Shown here one piece after another: positions 63,780 to 64,000 of a stretch of DNA of 64,000 nucleotides. Below the pieces are notes generated by a model. The model saw only the letters and a program-made list of their open reading frames with translations, did no database searches and was not told where the DNA came from. Position 1 is the first letter of the stretch. Every line of letters begins with the position of its first letter. The position numbers were made by a program, and so were the translations under genes. The DNA is from Octopus bimaculoides (Eukaryota): contig NC_068998.1 in the NCBI RefSeq assembly GCF_001194135.2, positions 8,547,686 to 8,611,685 of the forward strand. The letters run 5' to 3'.

Positions 63780-64000
63780 AACAACAAACAAGATGAGGAC
63801 GAATATGTGTCAAATGTAAATAATGTAAATAATTCCTCATCTCTTAAATATAGAACTGTAACACATAAATCAGTATCGTAATTTGCTTGAAGCAAATAAG
63901 ATAAATATTTTGCAAAAACTTTTAACAATGCAGGTGTGTAGTCGAGCAGAATATGTATGGTGATGTCAATGAAAACAAATAAAGAGAGACGATATTGTAT

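Noticed and set aside
1-64000. CRISPR arrays, rRNA genes, prokaryotic operons
   Set aside because: No repeat-spacer periodicity, rRNA-like sequence or dense coding; the window is eukaryotic repetitive DNA.

Overview
AT-rich eukaryotic scaffold segment, dense in microsatellites and SINEs, with seven N-gaps. The repeat families and the (TA)n/(CA)n/(AGAT)n load point to a coleoid cephalopod, most likely Octopus (inference). I can support no intact protein-coding gene; nearly all ORFs in the supplied track are translations of simple repeats or SINEs. Two structures stand out. (1) The unique-looking DNA between the repeats holds several decayed, mutually homologous reading frames with the ordered motifs of NACHT NTPases (Walker A, Walker B, ITSR-type motif, GF(S/T)xxxI, FxHxxxQEF/YLAA) followed by LRR-like sequence. 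This suggests a tandem graveyard of NLR-like pseudogenes on the minus strand at about 36.4-60.3 kb, plus a tentative inverted remnant near 19.4-19.8 kb. (2) A decayed Penelope-like retroelement at 62.3-63.9 kb ends in a unit with a tRNA-derived Pol III head, an (AAT)n spacer, a well-formed minimal type-I hammerhead ribozyme and a 3' hairpin; two more copies of the ribozyme tail occur at 17.4 and 52.9 kb. The remainder is four tRNA-derived SINE families, Tc1/mariner, pogo and Helitron fossils, a LINE 3' end and simple repeats. All protein-family calls come from manual translation and motif recognition, not database searches.
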